Positions 59,001 through 64,000 of a stretch of DNA of 64,000 bases are shown here, in pieces. The notes beneath the pieces are model-generated. The model saw nothing but the letters and a program-made list of their open reading frames with translations, was not told the origin of the DNA and searched no databases. Numbering within the stretch: position 1 is the first letter of the stretch; the number at the start of each line of letters is the position of its first letter. A program made the position numbers and the translations under genes. The DNA is from Klebsormidium nitens. Its lineage: Eukaryota; Plantae; Klebsormidiophyceae. The stretch is taken from assembly GCA_000708835.1 (NCBI GenBank), contig DF237470.1:800-64799 (forward strand), read 5' to 3'.

Positions 59001-62000
59001 CTTTCCCAGGCAGGCACGCCGCGATCTGGCACAGGCACGGTCCACTTCAAACACTACTCAAGGTTGGCAAGCCATCATTCTCGCTGCCCAGCAGGCATGC
59101 CGCGATTTGGCAAAGGCGCCAGGTACTACTGCAGGAAGAACATCGACGCCTGCAAAAGAAATCATCGAGGGCTTTCGTTCTCGACTTTCAAGTAAGATTG
59201 AAGTTTGGCACTCTTTAGATGTGCCTGCTGCAATTTGACACAGGCACGCCAAGTAGTGCAGGAAGAACATCGTCGCCTGCAATCAAAACAACAGGGCATC
59301 ATTTCCTTTCTGCATCCTGATTCATTGGGTTCGTTCCAGGTTGACGCTCCTTGTCTGGATTGTCAAAACCCGCCCGTTGTGTTCAAGCTACACGAGGCAC
59401 AGTGCACAATGCGCATTGGAAGAAGAGCACGGCGCCTCCCGAAAACGTGTGAAACGGCTTTCGTTTCCAACGTCGAAAGATTTCAACCGTTGAGTCTCAG
59501 AGGCAACAAACGCAGCATGATGCCGTTCCAGGTGCACAAGCGGTTGGACAATTCGCCTGACCATATCGTGGAGGATGCCCTCAAGAAAACGTTTTTTCGA
59601 GAAAAGGCCTCACAATGAGGCAATTGTTGCGCAACAGCCAAGCAACTGACAGCCCTTGCACCGAATCTCTGCCAGATCATCTTGTGAAATACCCAGTCAA
59701 GCTTAGCGTGATGACAAAGCCCTTCTGAGCTAACGGCAAAAATCTCGAGAAAGTTTCGGCAGAGAGACGACACAGGGCACAGTCACCTTTTTCTTGACAT
59801 GGAAACGAGACGAAGAATCGATTGATGTGAGAAAAGAGGGCAAGACAAGGGAACGGAATGCAGGTCAAAAGGAGGCCAGAGCTCCGGATCTCACGATGAT
59901 GCAGTTGTCGCACGCCGTGGTTTGGATGCGGAACTCGTCTTGGAGCAGGAAACGGGTGGAGGCGACCGAGGACGCAAAGCAGCACACAACCTGCAAGAAC
60001 GTGACGTACAATGTCATTCTACAAGAAACACCATGCCGAGCTACCGAGAAACTCAACTACTTACAGTGCGCACTCACATCCACGGACAAAGGCCCTGTTG
60101 TGGCAACGGACGTGTGTCCCAACCGGTTAATCATCGTCCTCCAGGTGAGATACAGGGCCTTTCATCAAAGGAGGGGCCGCGCCAGACAGACTGTTGCGTT
60201 GATATTCAGTAGTGCAAACGGGTGAGCTTTGAAGCAGTTCTAGGTGTCTCAGGTGGACAGAATGCAGGCAATCTGCCGAAAGCAGCCTGACGACTTCATT
60301 TTTACAAGACTTCAACACCAGCTTCTTTGCGCATCCTGCTTGTGAAGGTCGGAGGCCGTACTGGATCAGTTAACTTGCAGGATTCTTTATTGAGGGTCAT
60401 TCCCTTGATGACAAACATCCCTAACTTCGACTGGCATGCATCCGCCTAGTTTTAAGAAAACCTTGATTTTGCTTTAAGAAAACCCCGACCAAATTTGGAG
60501 TAGCACCTACAACGGATTTAGAGCAGTTCTGCTCACTCCCGAATGCTGTATGACAATCAAGAAATTCTAGAAGAACGAGAAGAGGTAGGGGGAAAGAGCA
60601 AAAAGAAGCAGAAGTAGACTTACCTCCAAGCAGAGACAGAACTCTGGGCAGTCCTTCTCCTTGCATTTCCCGCTGCACGGCATGAAGCCTCCACAGCAGG
60701 TGTATCTGCCAGATAGAAGAGGCAAGATCAGAAAGCTCCCTTGTGACACAAGGGCATACAACAAAATGTTTTTCTGATGGTCCAATTTTTTGCAATGCTT
60801 TGTTGACTAGTTTTTGTCATTTGGCATCTAGTTTTTGTCGTTGGCATCTACAGAGTCATTTGGCATCTAGTTTTTGTCGTTGGCATCTACAGAATAAAAC
60901 TCAATGGATGAACAATCAAACCAGAACCGACTTTTGGCAACTATTTGTCATAAGCCTCAAAAGTCAACCGTGCTGGTAACATTAGTGGTGACACAAAGAA
61001 CCAGACTCTTGCTGGTGTCTTCTTCTAGGACTCAGTGTCTGCGTCAAATCCTGTTTCTTACAGCTCTGGTCTTCTGCAAAATCCTTACAGTGGCCAAACC
61101 TGGAGTGATGTAAGCTTCTGAAAGTCTGTCTGCCATAGACGATACTTGACCAGATTGTCGTTGTGCTCTTCTCTTTAATCACCCTCAAACACAAGGAAAA
61201 TATGCATGGATTCTAGTGTCGCATCTATGATATTTTCTTTCAATCTGCAAAACACAGGAGTTGATGAGTTGATGATGCAGATTGGTAAAGTGTGCAGACT
61301 TAAAAGTGTTAAGCACGTACACAAAAGTCTACCAGAGAATCAGGAGAAGAAGCAGCATACCACTTTCTAGCAACTTGGACAGTCATGAAGGGACTAACCT
61401 GGACATGTCATTGTATAGCGTCCTCTTTCGGAGAAGGTAGGAGACGCAGTAAGGGCTGCGAGGGAAGGGCACTTGTAATCTAAACTTGATGTACCAGCTT
61501 AACAGTGAAGGGCAAGGATTAATCAAAAGCAGGAGACTCAACAAGGTGTCGTTATCTTGCGTTTTCTTAGGATCAGGATGGAGCAAAGCAACATTACATG
61601 CTTTCTTGACAAGGCTTTAACAGCAAGCTTGAGACCGCAGTCTCCAGACAGCCTGTTCAGAAACCCCGTCTTACAGCCAAGCTGGTCTTCTCTCTCGTCA
61701 AAAATAAGGGCCTACAAACACTTCTTCTATTCCAAAAAGCAGTCAAGGAAAGACTAGTGCTGTAAATCCAACACTGCGGTGTTTCATGCTGGAGATATGG
61801 CAGCAGCATGATCAGCAAGCCCAAGGGCTGATTATGTCCGCAAGTGGTATGCTCACCAGAAGACGGAGAAGCAGCAATCTGCATGCACAGAGAGCAAAAG
61901 CAGGTGTTAGGGGGTTCGGCATCTTAGTTGGCTCACTTTTCCAAGCTCCCATGTCTGAATTTTGCAGGGGCTACTCGGCAGAGACTCGCAGAGCAGCGAA

Positions 62001-63189
62001 AAAGGAAACCTCTCGTTGACTGATTTTGATTACTGCCCCATGAAAGTTCTATACATCCTCCAAGTTTGACCAGCGGCAGCCTTCCAGACTGACCCTCGTG
62101 TCAGAAACTAAGCACTGGTGCAAGCAATCCCCCAAGAAACGGCTGGGAGGACTCAATTGGATGACACAAGATTAGCTTCTGAGTCCGTTGTTCGAGATAC
62201 GAACTCTACAACCGAAGCTAATTTAGTTACTGCGAGGCAACAAACTGCACCACCAAGTGGCACAACCCTACACCCCTGGTCGACAGGACTCACGGAAAAA
62301 ACCGTCTCAGTGTAGAGGCCCCGCAATTCACAAGAACATTCCAGGAACTCGAATGAAACCTCTCGCTTTGCAGACTGAGCAACATTGATGAAGAGAGTGA
62401 ATGTCAAATAGGACAGATTCATTCTTGAGAACAAGCATTTTCCACTATCTTTTTACTGCATGTCCAGATTTTCTACCACTTAAATGCAGGATGCATTTAC
62501 TCAAGAGCTGACTGGTCAGGATCCTTAACAGGATTGCAGATAACTCAAGGGGCAGTACCCTCGGTCCAGAGAGATTGTTTAGCGTCCTTTATAGACTGGA
62601 TCAGGAGGAGCACTGCCTCGGCATTATGCAAGCTTGATGCTGAAGTGCAGAGAGATCCTTTACAGAAGAAAGACTACAGGTCAAAACACAATAGCACTAC
62701 ACAAGCACTTCTATCTCTAATATGACCTGATCCATGTACTCCATCTGTTAAAACAATTTGATGACAACGACCTCAGCATACAGGGGGAAAAACCTGCTGC
62801 TTCTTGGAATCAGTACAGCTAGATTGTCCATATCAAGGACTTAGCAGGATTCAGAACGAATATCATAAAATTACAGCATTGCAAGCTTCATTCCTAAACA
62901 ACACCCATCGAAGACACCAAGGCTGAGATTTGCTGCTCACTAGCACTGCGTGATAATACTGGTGACAGTCACATTAAAACCAAACTTGCTGTTGCTGTCT
63001 ACTTTGGTCAACTGAATATGGAACGAGAGATTCTCAACCCCAAAAGCAGAAAGAGAAATGCTCTGTGGTAAACTTACAGGGGCAGTCATTGGCGATGGCC
63101 TTTATAAGCGTCGTGTGCCAGGTGTTCACGTAGACATTTGTGTCCTGGCGGACTTGCATAGAATCGACCTTTGCCTGGATGCCGGCCAT
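56086..63189 (-). CDS. PLAC8-family Cys-rich protein with Gly/Pro/Tyr-rich C-tail (At1g63830-like), ~285 aa
   Basis: Exons 63189-63078, 61878-61857 (22 nt), 61455-61399, 60705-60624, 59990-59895, 58774-58631, 57322-57208 and 56315-56086 are all in phase. Translation: MAGIQAKVDSMQVRQ…DCPYCCFSVFCPYCVSYLLRKRTLYNDMSRYTCCGGFMPCSGKCKEKDCPEFCLCLEVVCCFASSVASTRFLLQDEFRIQTTACDNCIIATMFFLQ…VCACMQTQHKVELDKRDG…GYPQGGPPGY…PYK*. Confidence 0.93.
58836..59285 (-). repeat. Four partial copies of PLAC8 exon 6 (three with acceptor) in intron 5
   Basis: Copies at ~58836-58930, ~59005-59045, ~59080-59160 and ~59220-59285 of GCAG|GC(G/T)ACGATGTTCTTCCTGCAGTACCTGGCGTGCCT…. Confidence 0.92.
60816..60893. repeat. Tandem duplication of a ~39-bp unit in PLAC8 intron 3
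   Basis: gtcatttggcatctagtttttgtcgttggcatctacaga occurs twice in tandem. Confidence 0.9.
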
Positions 63190-64000
63190 GGCTGCAACGT
63201 CCCTTTCCCTAGCCAAATGAAGTCTTTCTCAATGTCAGCGCAAGGTGAGCTGCGCACCCGGCTGGTGAACAGGGGCGCCACAAAGAGGAGCTGTGAAGGT
63301 TCCCTCTGCAATCTGCCATGCACTGGCAGTGCAATGCCAATGCCATGGTTGCGGAGGTCAATGTTTCAGAGCATTCCCACAATCCGAACAAGCGTAGTTA
63401 CACTAAACAACAGAGTGGTTTCTAAAATTCTGAAAGCAGCCGGACATCTCTACCGGGCACTATATTTTTGAAAGTAGGACTGAAGGCAGTCTTTTCACAA
63501 TGTGATCCACCTACTGGGCCAGCGCTAATTCAACGATTGCAATTTTTGACAGAAGTGTCACCAGTCCGCCGTCACTTTGAGAAACTAGAGGTATAGGAAT
63601 TATTGTACAGCTTCGAGTGCCCGTAAGCCGTCGATGAATTCTGCTGAGTCTCCGTTCGACAGTGGCAGAGCTGCATAGCTCCGTTCAAGTGCCAAAGTGT
63701 AGCCTTCCGATGCGCAATTGTACAAATCGACCGTTCCTGACCATTTTAAGGTTTCAGGCTCCCTAGCTTCCTTACAAGCTTCCTTCCTGTCTGGCATGAA
63801 CCTCCGTCCGCTGGCCTTGGTTAAGTAATTTTTGGCGTACCGGGCGCAGTCCGGGCATCCAACGGTGAAATCTTTCCTTTTTTTTTCTAAGATCGGACGG
63901 TACGCCGATTGCCTTTGCTGAACAGAAGGCTGAGTCCATCCCCGCCTAAAGGTCGCAGAAAGGAGGGACAGCGCCCGAAAGTGGTGAAGTCCAAAATTGT

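Noticed and set aside
63190-63216. ORF-track start at 63216 for the PLAC8 gene
   Set aside because: That codon is TTG. The ATG at 63189 fits the family N-terminus.
63600-63797. 65-aa minus-strand ORF upstream of PLAC8
   Set aside because: Short, no motif and no splice support.

Overview
Eukaryotic, intron-rich genomic DNA with GT-AG introns, two assembly gaps and decayed transposon debris. The gene content is plant-like, and a streptophyte alga such as Klebsormidium is my inference. I assembled five spliced genes by hand, checking splice phases: (1) a ~24 kb, ~32-exon minus-strand SMCHD1/GMI1-type GHKL-ATPase + SMC-hinge gene (31485->7666, ~2,200 aa); (2) a 3-exon GT61 glycosyltransferase (32769-36412); (3) a 10-exon ABCG half-transporter (39775-47444); (4) an RNI-like LRR region abutting a patatin-like phospholipase in a shifted frame (51853-54364); (5) an 8-exon PLAC8-family gene with a 22-nt microexon and a GC-AG intron (63189->56086). 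Non-coding features are a 22-bp-phased ACCA-N5-TGGT palindrome array, a ~11-bp-phased GCGAC array, three TIR elements/MITEs and a 3x~170-bp tandem repeat. The most distinctive pattern is repeated intronic 'echo' copies of exon-intron junctions that keep their splice signals. Most short ORFs in the supplied six-frame track are exon fragments or noise. No rRNA, intact tRNA or CRISPR array is supported.
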